DNA of 64,000 bases from Yuukianura sp. NJ FZ-2021 (GCA_046563655.1 CM102290.1:2790001-2854000), one strand, 5' to 3'; shown: positions 10,714 to 24,700, counted from the stretch's first letter. Translations and numbers: made by a program. Notes: generated by a model not told the origin, from the letters alone.

Positions 10714-13700
10714 ATGTCCGCTCGCGAAAGAGCAGTGATTTATGTCGACTCAAGTTCTCCATCACTGTCCAGCCTCAACTCATTGTCCAGTTCATCTTCA
10801 TCGCTGGTCGGATCAAATTCACTTAGTGGTGGAAAACTTGGATCCTCTGGAGGGAGTAACTATGTTATCAAAATTCAAATTGGAGAAGAGGGAATATTCA
10901 ATCGACCTGTACGAATTGACGTCGCTGGAGCAAACAGCAGACAACGGAAACAAATTCATCATATCAATGCATCATCAGATGGTGATGCCGATTCGTTGTC
11001 ACAACTAGACAGTAGTGGTCAATCGTCACCCAGAAGTGACATGACCCCACCGCCTCCTCAGCGACACAATGCACAGGGAACGGTACGTCACGGTCCGTCC
11101 CTCTGTCGGTTTGGTTCGGAAACTAGTGAATCCGATACTGAATCGGATATTTCCGCAGAGTATCCCAATTCCATTCACTCGTCAGACAGTCGCTGCTCAA
11201 CATCCGTTTCCGTTAGCTCCGCACGACAAATGGTGACCAATTCGATTTTGGCGGGAGTTCCGTCGTCGAAATCGTCTGATACGGCGGCGCAGTTTGCGCG
11301 ACGTGAAATATTGGGTATAGATGCCATGGAATCTGGAACATTCAACTGCGAATATACAATACGACAACATGAAGACAATGACAGTGGCTACGGGTTTGAG
11401 GATCTGTCGGTGCTTAAGGAAAGCCTAAATTCAAGTTTGATTAAAGCATTTTCAGCTCAACAAGGTGTGACTGGCAAATCACTGCCACCTTTTACCCAAC
11501 CGACTCACCCGGACACTGGAACAGGTCAAGACTCTGGTGACCTGAGGTCAATGTCCTCTTTGATTTCACCGCGCATGTCCCCATTAGTAACAGAATCTCT
11601 CCTGAAATCCAAAACTCCGCTGTCCCGAATCCCCGAAACGGAACAACTCCTGACCTACGCACCACGCAAAATTCAAATTGACCAAGAATCGTTTCACTTA
11701 CAAGAGTTCAAAGAAGACGATGATCCGTCGCCAGCCTGCGCAGAATCCAATTCTTGTTCGTCTACAATAAATTTTGCTGGATACAAAGACATTTTTTCTA
11801 GGGCGCATGTCCAAGGTCCAACACAAATTATGAGTGACAAAGGAACGATACGTGGGGTCAAGAATCGGGTTCGAGATGGAATTGCAACTTTTCTGCAATC
11901 AACTGATTCCAAGGTGAGAGAAGACTGTTTTATTTTTGAAAAAAAAAGATTTGCTCAAGTCATTTAGTAAAAGTTTTGTACAATTTTCAAATTAAGGACT
12001 CAACTTTCTCCTCAGTTTCTCTTATAGTCTGTTGGTGACTAATGACAGCCTCATCATGTCTCATCTGTGAAAGATAAATTTTGTTAAAATTGTCAATTTC
12101 AAAACATTGAAAATTCAACAATCGGGTTGAATATGAAACAGAAGAATGGGAGAGTTGAAAAGGGAACTTTTGCAAATTTGTAGCAAATTTGCAAGTAGTT
12201 GTTGGCCCATTGTTTGCTTTTCTGTGTAAAATCTTGCTCCACTTTCGACAGCTCAAATTTCAGTGGCATTTGATGCATCTTTTCTCATGTTCTTCGTCTG
12301 TAAGGAGATGATGATCAAGTAGATTCTATTTCTACTCTGTAACAAGAAGAAACTGCTCCTGAACATGAAGTTACAATTGATAAATCCCGTAATTATTTTG
12401 AGTTACTCAAATAGAAAAGAAAACAAAGGTCATTCATCATTCGTTCCGAGAGCTCAGGTTTTTGGACAAGAGAAATTTGAAAAAGTTCAACTTTTCAAAA
12501 CACAAACAAACGAGAGAAAAGATTTTTGTTTTGCATTTTTTTGTTACATGTACATGTTTAACAATGAGAAACAAGGACGTAAGAAAAAAAAACTTTTTAG
12601 TATTTCACTCTACGTGCACAATACTTTTACAAATTTACTTTCACAGAATTCTGTAAACAATTGAAATCAAATTTACCAAAAGTGGGTCAAATGCAGTTTA
12701 ACAATGTTGCTCGTCAACTCTTCCACGAGTTGGTTACCATTTAAGGTTAATTTTTATGTTGGTTTTAAGATTTTTTGGCGAATTTAATTCGAAAACAGTA
12801 GAATTTTGGTCATTGTCGTAACGAATTTTTTTTAGACACTTTGTATCTAAATTTTGGCTTTCCTTTTTTTGAAATTTTTAATCCATCTATAAAAAATAAT
12901 TTCCATTAACCAAAATTTATATGTAAGAGTTTTCGAAAGTTTAGAAATTACTTGGTAAAGTTACCACAATGATACGTTTAAGCGTTAAACTGAAAAAAAG
13001 AGTACTTTTGTATTTTTTTTCAAAATTTGTGAGTTGCAAATAGCTGTTTTTGTTCATAATTTTTATGCTTATATAGACGTCATACTCATTAACCTTGATT
13101 ACAGTAAAAGCGATTAAAAAAAATTACCCTGTAAATCTAAAGATTCGTTAAGTTTTGCTCGTAATAGTGATGATACCCAGAATCCTAAGAATAAAGATGA
13201 CAAATCCCTGTCCAAAGTTTACTAAATTGAAAAATTTTGGCAAGGTTTTTGAAGATAATGCTATTTTATGTTATGTGATTTCCAAATTTATGCAGAATTT
13301 TACAAAGAGGCTACTGACAGGATAGGAATGCGCAAGGGCGCAGACTTCCTTTTCACACGCCCCGACCAAAATGAAAAACATGCTTCACCAGGTTTTTGAA
13401 TTATAGAGTTGAGAAGATGCTTTTCCCGAGGTCATTTGCTGAACTTCCACTCTAGGTCAAGATCAGAGTTAACCCAACCATTGAATTAAGTTTTTCAAAA
13501 GTCTTAATCCGAAAAGGAGTCAGTTTGGTTCTGACAAGAAAAAAAAACAAGTTCTAGTACCAAGCGTTTTTTGGACAGTCATCTTTTCATCTTGAATATT
13601 ATTGTTATTAATCCTTGGATTAATGCATCACTGCTCACTCCTTCTTCTTCCAAAAGGCATTTACACTCTACTCCTTTCAACAATGAAAAACTTTAATTGC

Positions 13701-16700
13701 CTCTGAAATTGAGTGGTGTCCAATTCTTTTCATCCTCCTCTGCATGAAACGTTAACTTGAAAAAGTTATGTCGAAGAGTTAACAATTTAATAACAATTTC
13801 CAACCCCAAAGTCCTCAAGGGCAACGGATGACTTCAATTTTGGCCAAAGGTCAAATTGAGGTCACACAAAACAATTTTTTAAGAAAAAGACTTACAACAT
13901 TTTAAATTTCTTGATTCCTTGTGGTCGACCTTTTAGTTTTGTGTTATTTTTGAATGAGGTGGAGAATTGAAGGTCGTAAGCTCTGCGCCTGAGCAGTTGC
14001 GTCTGAACAATGAAAATTTAAAATATAAAATGGCGGGTGAACAATGGGCAGTGAGGTCATCTCATGTTCAATTTCACGGTCCGTCAAAACGTTGGAATGC
14101 GGATTAAATGCTGCTCTCGGAACAAGGTTGGTTGGTATTTTTAGGTGCTCCAACGATTCCGTTGTTTCATGACTTCTGCGCAGAGCGGACTTTTTAAGTA
14201 ACACCTTCTGCGCAGTAACCATTTGCCAAAAATGTTGTATTTTTGTTAAAGTATTTTCCAAGTGGGTAAAATGAGGTTACAAGATCCATTTGGATCAGTA
14301 GGAGCTCCTTATTCAGAGCATGGAGACAAACATTCAACTGTTAAAGATTAATTGCCAACTCATTGCTGAGCATATGGAGCAGTAGAGTGTGAATTTCTGG
14401 TGTGATTCTTACATTAGAATTCGCTAATTTGGGCTTTGTCACTTTTTTTTTCAAAAATGCCAAGTTTATTTTTCTTCTTTTTCATACTTTTTCAGCGTCA
14501 ATGACGGACTAAAGTGTGAGTAATCGTAAAATATCTATTGAAAATTGGGAATACAGGCTTTTAGTGTCACTTTTGCTATTAATTTTTTCAGTTCAACATC
14601 ATCGTCATCGTTGTTTTATTTCCATGTTATAAGATTCCATAATTTAATAATAAAAAAAGCACTTCGTGCTAATAGAGAAAAGTTGTTATAAGTATCAGAA
14701 ATACATTTCAAGTAACTTTTTTTGGAAATGCGAAACGACGAACCAACGAAAAAAAATTATAAACTATTAAACTAATAAATATAATACTAATGTTACTATT
14801 AAACTCTTCTGGACCAAATAGAGTGAAAGTTGTAAAAGAGGATGTTAGCATAGGATTAAGTCAGGTTAGTTTAACCTAACAATTTCAGCTACATGCGGAA
14901 GACAAAGCCTTCAGTTTGCGGCGACTCACTTGCTAATTGAATCTTGATAAGTTCACAAGGTAGGTCCTTGTAGAAAGTTGATTCATTCTATTGTTTTCTC
15001 TTTGCCCCTGTCTCCATTTCCCCATGAGCATTTGTGCCAATTCTTGTGGGATGTGGACAACGCTGTACATGTTGTAGAGCAACTTTACAAACATTGAGAT
15101 GTCATGTCACGTCTGTCCCAATTGTTGTACAAAGTCAAGCGCGGTTTTGTTCAACAAAGTTTACCTAAACATGTAATGGGCCAAACAGTTTCCAATTTGC
15201 TTTTGAAACAATTCAATAATGAACTCTTTCAATTTTAACTTTGCTAATCATCGATTTATGCAACTGTAGCGTATGGTATTGCGTTAGGTTAAGATTAGGC
15301 TAGACAAATTTAGGTTACCTAATTAGTACCTTGTACCTTGTATTGGTACATCCAAAAGGCAATGAATCACACACGACTGCGTAGTTGGTCAGACAGAGTG
15401 ACTTTGTTGTACGTTAGAAAGTTCATTAATTGCTCATTCATAATTTGAATTTCACTGTTGATTGAATGAAAAGTGAAAAGGTAGGGAGATGACACCCACT
15501 CACACACTACTAAAAACTACAAGTGTGGAATCTTTAGAGTAGTGCTTAATTGCTTTATGAATTCAAAATGGGACTGAACACATAATAACTCCACCACGTT
15601 CTTCGTGAGACTTTGTACATCTTGTCTCATAAATCAGAATTTAATGTCCACATTATTACGGAAACGTTTCCTCTTCTTCCTTTTAACCTTAATTAGTAAT
15701 AGTGACAATTTCAACTTTTTCAACAATTTACACCCCAAACAACTACGTGTATTCACAAAACAATGCAAAACATACAAGGAAATTCTTATTCAAGCTTACC
15801 TAACTCAAGAAAAAATTACAAGAACATGTTATTGGCAGTTTTGCAACACTTAACTCAGAAACAAGGTTTTTGGCTGTACAGGTCATGCGTACTTGGGGCA
15901 AGAGAAAACAAAGTAAACAATGCAAAGAATTCTAGTGAACGCTAAAGGCATTCTGCGGTGCTAAACAAAGAATTTTCGAAATTTACCAATTAATAATCAA
16001 CGATGATATGAAACAATACATTGCCAAAATTTCTTTGAATGAGACATGGAAAGACCATTAGCATCTTCAAATCAATTGTTGCAATTGAACATAAATTTAG
16101 AATTGAAAGACAAGAATTGATGTACAGCGTTGTTCAAAAAGTTAACAAATCTCATTTAGAATACAAACGATTGTTTATAGACACTCTGTGTCAGTGTCTC
16201 TTGGAAAGATGTACAGTCACTTTGTCATAAACGCATTTCCATTGTAAATTTAAGAAGCATGGACTCTGGGCAGCAGTGGGAAATTTGAACTGCCATATAT
16301 TTCGCAAGACGGCACTTAAAAATTCAGTACTGGCTCTCTCTTCATTTTGTAAAAAAAAATAAGGTGGGACGCAGACAGGCACATTGTTGGTCACTTCCTT
16401 TTGTTCTTAGTGTTGATTGTCATCATCAAACTCTCACCAAGTCCCAATTGTCCCTATTAGATCTAATGTAAATAAAGTCGCGAAAATTATAGCTTTGGAG
16501 GTTAAAAATGTTTAAACATAAGGTTAAAAAATAAAATTATGTGAGACTATAATTTAGTTTTAAATGCTGATTAGTGTAGGTAGAAAGTCAAGTTGGGCTG
16601 ATATGTGCATGATCTAGATGTAATTTTCCATTTCTTCTTAAAAAGTTCACTCATTAGAAAACAACGGAAGATAATTTGGAATTGTTCAAAATTGTATGGC

Positions 16701-19700
16701 TATTTTTTTGGAAATTGCATCTTTGAAGAGTCTTTGAGTTGTCAATTAGTTTCGGAAAAGTTGGCAAAAAAGTTGTTTTCACACACCTTTAGTCCGGAAA
16801 TAGTTGATAAAGCAAGTTAATATTTTAGCAAAGTCATTTTGATTTTGAAAAAAATGAAGTTTGAAACGAAATGAAGGCACTGAACAGAGTCCGTCACACA
16901 GAGGCAATCTTGCATGAGAACCTAACAGTAAAAAATTATTAAATCGATTTAATGCTTAAATGTTCATTTAAGAAAAGCAGTAACTTATGGAGGAAAAAGA
17001 ACAATCACAATTAGAGAGACTCTCAATCAAATCGTACTAAAAGGAAGTTTTATCTTTTGGTGAATGGCACGTGCTTGTGAACCAAAAAAGTGCAAATTTC
17101 GAACTCTTAAAATTTCTAAGTTGTTTCACAATTAGGAAATGAAGTACTTAGACTATGACCTGACTCAATTTTTCATAAAGATTTTCTCGTCTCGGCATTT
17201 TTATGTTTTATTTTTTTGTGTCAGGTCACCTGTGAAGATGTCAATCACCACGCAATTGCATAGCCTATTTTTAGGTTAATGTTTTTGAACTTCGTCAATT
17301 TTATGCAATTTAATAACTTTTGTACAAATCGAACCTCGCTTCGTAATTTAGCAACAATTCCAAGATTTAAAACTAGAAAATTTGGAACTTTACTTCAATT
17401 GTTGTAAACTTGACATTTGAAAATTTTAGTGTGAATTTCCTGAAATTTTTTTTCTTAAAATTTCCTAACAAATTTTCCCACAATTTTGTTCCTGTAAGGG
17501 AAAATGTGCATGTTGTGAAACTTTTAAAGGTTTGACGTAGTCGTGATTTAGTACTTTCCAGATACAAATTTTTATGTGACTAAATGCAAAATGAGAAGTA
17601 GCTATGTGTTCACCCAAGGGTACTTCAAGTGTTTTATAACAAAAGATCAAAAGTGATACGGATTTGCAACGCATCATTTGTAATTTGTCTTGGATTTTGC
17701 TGAAGTTCACACTGCAGAAATGCAGACAAGTGACAAGGAAATTCTCTTTTTGCAAACCTACGCGCCATAGAAAACGCTCGCAACAATAAATTTTTTAAGC
17801 TTTTGAAAATTCTTGACTTTTAAATAAAAATTTATTCTGTGAAAGTCACCCAAGAGGTAAATTCAAGGTTTAAAAATTTCTCTTCAAGTCATCCAACATT
17901 GAATTTTGGTTGTTTTAAAGCGTCGCGCCAAATTTAAGCAACGGTAAATTCAAATGTTTTTGACTGAAGGTTAAAAAACTTGAAAAAACTTTCAGTCAAA
18001 GGCTTTGATTACTAGTCAAAGATTTTGTCTAAGACTTTCAGTTTTTTTCAGTCAAAAACGTTGGGTAAAGAAATGAATATTCATCAACTAGAGTTCCATT
18101 TTGATTAATTTAGTAATAATTGAAGTAATGCAGTTGTTGCTATGGAAACGGCGATGAAGGTTGTGTTTGAGGATTTGAGATAATTTTGAAAAACAAAGCT
18201 CAGGTTCAAAATTTTTTTCCTCGAGGGTCGCTTGGCTGTCAGGTTCGTCTCACTGCTCGTGCTCACAAATTTTCTTTGGATTTTTCCAAATTTCTTGGAA
18301 GGTTGGACCGTAGTTATCCTCGTGGAACGCTAGTGCTCATCATGTCTTTTCAAAAATTCCCCGTTGCTCGAGTAAATGAACTTTCAAAATTTTTTTTACT
18401 TTATGAACTGACAACCCCAGCCATTTCGTATGATTAATCGTTTGTCATTATGTTGTTAATTTGTGGTTGTGGTGGTGGAACGCAAGGGAGTGTCCTGGTC
18501 ACTGACTCGTTCCGTAACTTCGGCTGTCTCTATACTAATTGATGTTTCTTGTCTGCCTTACAGAATTACAATGAGAAGGAGCAAGGTCGTGTCGTGGTGT
18601 ATGTGACGAGCATGGGAGTGGTTCGTGACACTTACCAAAGATGTCAAAAGGTCAAGCAGATTCTGAGGAATTTGTTGGTCAAATTTGATGAGCGGGACTG
18701 TTACATGAACCAAGCTGTCCAAGAAGAAATTCGTGACAGGTTTCCACTGGAGATGCGTCGAAAAGAGTATCAGCGTCAAAAGGAATTGAACAATGGCGTC
18801 AGTCTCGGTTTTCCACGCGGAGCCTCTCGAACTGAACAAACAGCCACGTTCTTTGACCTGGTCACCCTACCACAAGTTTTCGTTGAAGGACAGTACTTGG
18901 GTGTAAGAACTTTTCAAAATTCAAAACTACTAAAAAGAATTTGAAAAAATATACAAAACTGTTCTTTTTATTGCTCAAGGACGCAGAAACGATTGAAAAA
19001 CTTAATGAGAGCGGTGAACTTCGCAAAATTCTTCAGCCTTACAAGGTAAACCACGCCTTTTCGAAACGTTTGATTTATTTTTGGGCATTTAGTGATAGGC
19101 ATTTTCGATGTTTTATATATTTGGTTACAGTCGTTTGAAAAAAGTTTCAAAATTTTAAGTTTTTCTTGGGTTTAGGTTGCTAGTTTTCGAACACCAGTCT
19201 CATTCTAAAATGGAAGTTGATTATATAAAATTTTAGTTTTTCATTTCCACTGGCGTCATTTTGACCTAATGACATTATATTGAGGTCATTCAAAAAAAAT
19301 ACAATCCGAATTTTCACAGAACACTGCTTGAATGTTGTAAAGCTTTCGGTTGAAGATTTGACCTGATTGGCGAAAATAAAAACCATCTTCTCTAGTAATT
19401 GCGTAGTTTGACACGTAGGGTAAACACGCAGCGCCACAATAAAGTTCACAATGTTTTATATTTCCGAAATTTGAAATTAGGCGAAGAAGTCGGAATTCCA
19501 CGCATTGGCAATTGGTCACCCCTACTTTCTTTATTTTCCCTCATTTAGATAGAACATGTCAATAAATCAGGGACCTGCGGATTTGCATTGCGTATCCTGA
19601 GGGACTTCGTGCAGTTCCCCACATTGCCAATGACAATGAAAATGAAAAGCAAAAAAGAAGAAATGAAAGTGTTAATTAAAAGTCTCTAATTCATTCTCGT

Positions 19701-20710
19701 CAGGCTTTAGACCAACGCCTACTAAATCCGTATTTTACTTTCAGTCTCCAAACATTCACGCAGCCGTGGGCTTCATTTCGGCAAGCAGTGGTCAGCGTCA
19801 CGAGGTCATTGACCTAAAAAAAAACTAATTTAATGTTTGGGTGGTTGACCTCCGCTTTCAGGTTAGGTTAGTGGCAAAGGCGACCAAGGCCAAAGTTGAA
19901 CAAATTTTAAAAGTTTTGAAATTTTGAAAATGGTCACTTGAATTTGAAAATTTTTAGTAAAATGTTGGGTGTCAGTGACCTTTAAGATTAGTTCCGGTTG
20001 ACTAGGAATCCTCTTCCAAACTTGACATAGAGGTTAACGACCTTGAGTATTCTCGGCGTTTTACTTTTTTTTAAAGCAGTGTAGCTTTCCACTCAAAAAG
20101 TGAATTGTAGGAACTAATTTGTAGGAACTGTACGGTAGTTAACTTAAGGAAAGTTTAATTAATCTGTTAACTTGTAAAAAATGTATAGGAAGAATGTTGT
20201 TGTTTTTTTTTCGCTTCTGATTTTCATTTCATTTAAGTCTTGTCACACCTCATAAGTTTGATTTCTGGTTTTCATGACTTGTTGTAATCAAAACTTGTTG
20301 TGTTTAACTGAATTAACACGAAACGAGTTTCAAAAAATATATTAATTCAACCTTACTGTGTGTAGAAGAGGATATAGTTAATCAGATGGTGTGTTGTACA
20401 ATGGCTTGTTGTTGCGAGTACTTCGCGGCATAGCCATTTTTAAATACACCGTTATATTTTCTTAGCCGTTTTTCAAAAATTTTGAAAAAATAACATTTTT
20501 ATTTTTAAAACTTTCTGTATTCTGTTCCAGAGTGTGTCTGTCCTCACAACATGCGACAATTGCGGCGGTTACCGAATGCTTCCGTGCCCAATTTGCAACG
20601 GATCCAAGAAATCCGTTCATCGAAATCACTTCACTGAAGAATTCGTGGCCCTCAAATGCATGCACTGTGATCAAGCAGGACTGGTGAAATGTCCTCAATG
20701 CAACTCCTAA
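10714..20710 (+). CDS. Glutaredoxin domain-containing cysteine-rich protein (GRXCR1/2 family; Drosophila CG31559/CG12206-like)
   Basis: Exons 10714-11913, 18564-18902, 18980-19045, 20531-20710. A long Ser-rich N-terminus ends in GTIRGVKNRVRDGIATF. The Grx-like domain runs GRVVVYVTSMGVVRDTYQRC...LPQVFVEGQYLGDAETIEKLNESGELRKIL. The C-terminus has four CxxC pairs: CDNCGGYRMLPCPICNGSKKS...LKCMHCDQAGLVKCPQCNS*. Confidence 0.93.
17956..18059. repeat. ~104-bp foldback with 13-bp perfect terminal inverted repeats
   Basis: gtttttgactgaa (17956-17968) pairs with ttcagtcaaaaac (18047-18059); there is also inner complementarity aaaaaacttgaaa / tttcagtttttt. Confidence 0.6.
19803..19815. promoter_or_regulatory. 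Perfect IR1 palindrome AGGTCA-t-TGACCT (canonical ecdysone-response-element geometry) in GRXCR intron 3
   Basis: The sequence cgAGGTCAtTGACCTaa is read directly. Function is inferred. Confidence 0.5.
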
Positions 20711-21704
20711 ACACTTTCGTCAAAATTCAACATTTCTTTTTCAAAATTGACAACTTTCGAGTAAAACCGGAGAAATTTTCCCACAAAATTGTGTCATTTG
20801 TATAAAATCATAATATTCAAAATTTCATTGCATAATATAGTACTTTTTGTGGGTACAAAGGTAGAGAGCAGGGAAAACTGGAATACGCAAAGTGGTTGAA
20901 AATATTTAAGTAGCCATAAAACCTAACGTTTACCTTTATTTTCAAACAAAAAATTAAAAGCGGCCGAAATTTTTAAAATAGGGCGCAATTTGTGTTAAAA
21001 TTTTTCATTGTAAAATTTGAAACAGCAACGCTTTAGTCGGGTGTACTAAGTAAGAGTACCATTAAGTTATACAGCTGTAGAAAAGGTGTAGAATATGTTT
21101 AGTTTGAAGTCAAATTATGAACGTAGAGAATTGTTGAAAATAACATAACGTTAAATTAATAATGTTAAATTTGTAAGTTAGAACAAGCTCAATTTATCGA
21201 TTTTGATTAGTGATTAAAGCTTTTTCACATTTTGTTTAATTTGCTTTTTCAAGTTTCACATGTAAGTTATATGCAGGAACATTAATTAAGTTAGTTATAA
21301 GTTAAGTAATTGGTCCGATTATTGTTAAGTTTTGGCTCATGATCAGAAGCAGAATTTGGATTCTGCGAATCTGAACAATTTTTGATTTGGTCCCACTTTC
21401 CACGCAAACTTATAACTTTAAATAGGTTTGCTCCCGTTACCACTTCCGTAACTACAATTAACTTAATGAACCTTCTAAAAACTAAAACAGTTAACTAAAC
21501 AGTTAGTCGTTGTAAGTTTTGCATTGACTTTACATAATTTTTTCGTTGTATGATTTTTCTGCATTTTTTAGCTTACTTTACCCAACTAATTTTTAGCACC
21601 AAGTACTGCATTTGACCTCATTTGACCTGACCGTTCTAAATGTTTAAACTTTCTGCTTCTACACATGAGCTAATGGAGACTACGGAATGTACAGCATGGG
21701 TTTT

Positions 21705-24700
21705 CTACTGGAATTTCATATTATGTACAGCATGATCCAAGTAGGTGACTTCCAAATGAATTTGACCAAGAGCCGTTTCCAACTTCTCTACAGTGTCCAG
21801 TTCTTGAACTGTCTGCGTAAACGGATCGTAACGAATTTCAAATGGGCGGGACATGCTTACCTCAACCCATTGCCTAGAAATTTTAAAACATGAAATTTTT
21901 GGGAAAATTTTGCAGTTTGGAATTTGATGTAGTTTTACCGAAATTTCTCTTTGACTTGTTGAAAACTATCTGCGACAAAGTAGACATCTTGGAAGTCTTG
22001 GTCCTGGTACGGTTGAACTGCTGCTGTTTGGGGCTCAAATCGACGGCGTTCGGGCTTATCAGACAGCGCATGCTCCAACTCTCCATAACTTGACAACAGT
22101 CCAGCACCATATGCCTTCACTTGATTGTTTTCTTTGCACAACCCAAACTCCACAGTAAACCAGTACAACTTTTGAAAAAAAAAGATCAAGCTTAATTTAG
22201 AACCAAAAATTTTTTTTTTGAAATAGCAGACTTACTGTGGAAAATTTCTCAATTTCGGCATCTGTAGCAGCCAGAGATGCCAGACCAAGTTCCTGTGAGA
22301 ACTGGGCAAAAAATGGATCCGCCAACATTGGTACGTGACCAAGAAGTTCATGAATGCAATCACTGTAAACGTCAAAGTTGAAAAATTCAAGAGGTCAAAG
22401 GTTAAGTGAGGTCAACAGCTACGGTGCTTACGGCTCAGGAGAGTGATCTGGAGATGAGCCATGCCGAACGTACTGCGTACATTGAAATACACGAAAAGCC
22501 AAACTGGCTAAAAAGTCTCGAGCAGTTAACAATCCAGCGGCGGGTCTCAACGTGAATCCAGTTCGCCCTAAAACCAAATTTTAAAAATGTATTAAATTTT
22601 TTTTAGTTTTTTAACAGTAAGACTTACGTTGCAGAAAATCTGAAATATCTTGCAGTTGTGGAATATTGTCAGCTCGAAATCCAACTTCTTTTTGTAGCAG
22701 ATTGAACGCATCGACATACTGTTTGCACGCATGCGTCGGAAGAAGGGCCACCAATTGATTGAAGACGTGACCCCAAGTTCGAATTTCTTCTGCCACATAC
22801 TGAACTCTTGGAATTCGTTCACCACTAAAAATTATACAGGATTTTTCAACTATTTTTTTCAAAAGAAGAAGGTGTCAAAAGAATTTTGAGTTTACTGTTT
22901 ATATTCAAAAGCAATATCTGCAATCATTTTGCGACGTGCTCGGTAAACCTTGTCAGCAAATCCAGGATGGTCCATGTCCAGATCCGGTTCAAACTTTGTC
23001 ATCAAGTGATTGCATAAGTCCAGCTCAGAAATGTGTCTCGGATACCACGGGGCTGTTTTGACATTTGAAAACTCAAAAAATTTAAAATATTTCTTTTTTC
23101 AAAATTTCGTTATTCAAAAAATTATACATGTAATAGATCCTTGCGTCGGCAGAACATTAACAGTAGCAATTGATTGACTCTGTCGAAGCGCTTTGATCAA
23201 TGTAACAAAATTTGGAGGTGTAACTAAAATTTTGATGAGAATATCAAAATCGGATCCTGTAGTTTTTGAAACGCGACTTTCCAAATGAACAACGGTTCCT
23301 CTGCTACTCTGCAAAATAAAAAATTTAAAAATTGAAAATTTCATTTTCAAAATTGCAACATGCGTCTGTTTTTTTACTTCAATAGTTTCCAAAATTCGCG
23401 ATACAGGAGCCATTCCTCCTTTGAGAGCCAGCAGAAACGTGGCTTCACCTAGTTTGTCTTCAACTTCTTTTGACCCAGGAATGACCTTATCGTCAATGAC
23501 CTCGTTTCCAATTGGAACAGAAGTGAGAACACTTTCATCCACAAAGAGTAGATCATCTTCCGAAATCTGAGAGTCGCTGGAGATTTGTCGAATTTCTTCT
23601 AGCCAAGTTCTCTTGTTCTCTTTGTTCACTTGCGTTTCAAATCGAGCATCTCCAACCAATGAGCGACGTCGAGATGGGTAGCCATTCTGCCAAAAATTTA
23701 AAACAAAAACAATTCGTAAATTTTAAAACTACGAAATACCAAATATTAATGAAAACATGCTAAAACTAAAGCTAAAACAATTTTAAACAAAACCAAGATA
23801 TTCAATATTGGATGAATTTGTAGAAAAGTAGACGCTACCAATTCTTCTAGGTTCTAAATTGTAACAATTTTAGGAGAAAAAAAAGGATTTGAGTGTCGAA
23901 TTGAATTCCTGCATAAGAATCTGATTTTGATTTGGTCCATATTCTATTTTGTGTAAAACGTAATTGAATTTTGGCGGAAAAGTTTAAAGGGTCGACACTT
24001 TCAGGGCAAACTGTGCTCACTCCCTCCCTCCTTTGAAGATCAAAACGGCTTAATATTGAATTAATTTTCCATTCCTTGAATGAAATTGCTTCCGTCGATC
24101 GATCACTCTTCCATGACCCCCCTCTTCATCTTCTGTTGGACAATTCAATATCAAACTGAACAGGAACAGGACTTGACTCGGGGCAGTCTTTTTCAGAACT
24201 TCACTATGCCAAATACTGCTTAAATCTTATTGTCTCTTTCCAAAAAAAACTAGAGTACATGCGTGAGCAGAGGTAAACATTCAGGCGCCTACGACCAAAG
24301 TCATGATTAAAAATTAGTAGTTTAGAAAAATACTGGAAAGGCTTTGTCTACGCTAGGAGTCAGCAAATGTCAAAATCTGTCAAGTACGAATAAAAGAGGC
24401 CAATTTCTGTCTAAAAAAATTTCAATTTGTGTGTCTTTGTCAAATTGAAGTTTCTCTTTCGTTGTGGATGGATTTCGAGTGCGTTGTAAGCCTGAGTTTA
24501 TGACTCTAGGATTGGACGGGAATATAAAGTGGTTGATGACGAAAGGTCATTTGGTGGTCAGCAGATTCAGAAATGGACGATGGACGGTCGTGACACATAG
24601 CGACTCTGAGCCTGTTCAGTTGACGATGACGAAGTGGGCAAGAGAAAGGAAGCTGTCTTAATGTACTTTTCTAGTAAGCTGCCAGTTCTCACCCTGAATA

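Noticed and set aside
21687..21734. TH readthrough; a 12-nt repeat (HAVH) on both sides of the stop
   Set aside because: UAG-A is a poor readthrough context and the extension has no recognisable signal; it is probably a small local duplication.
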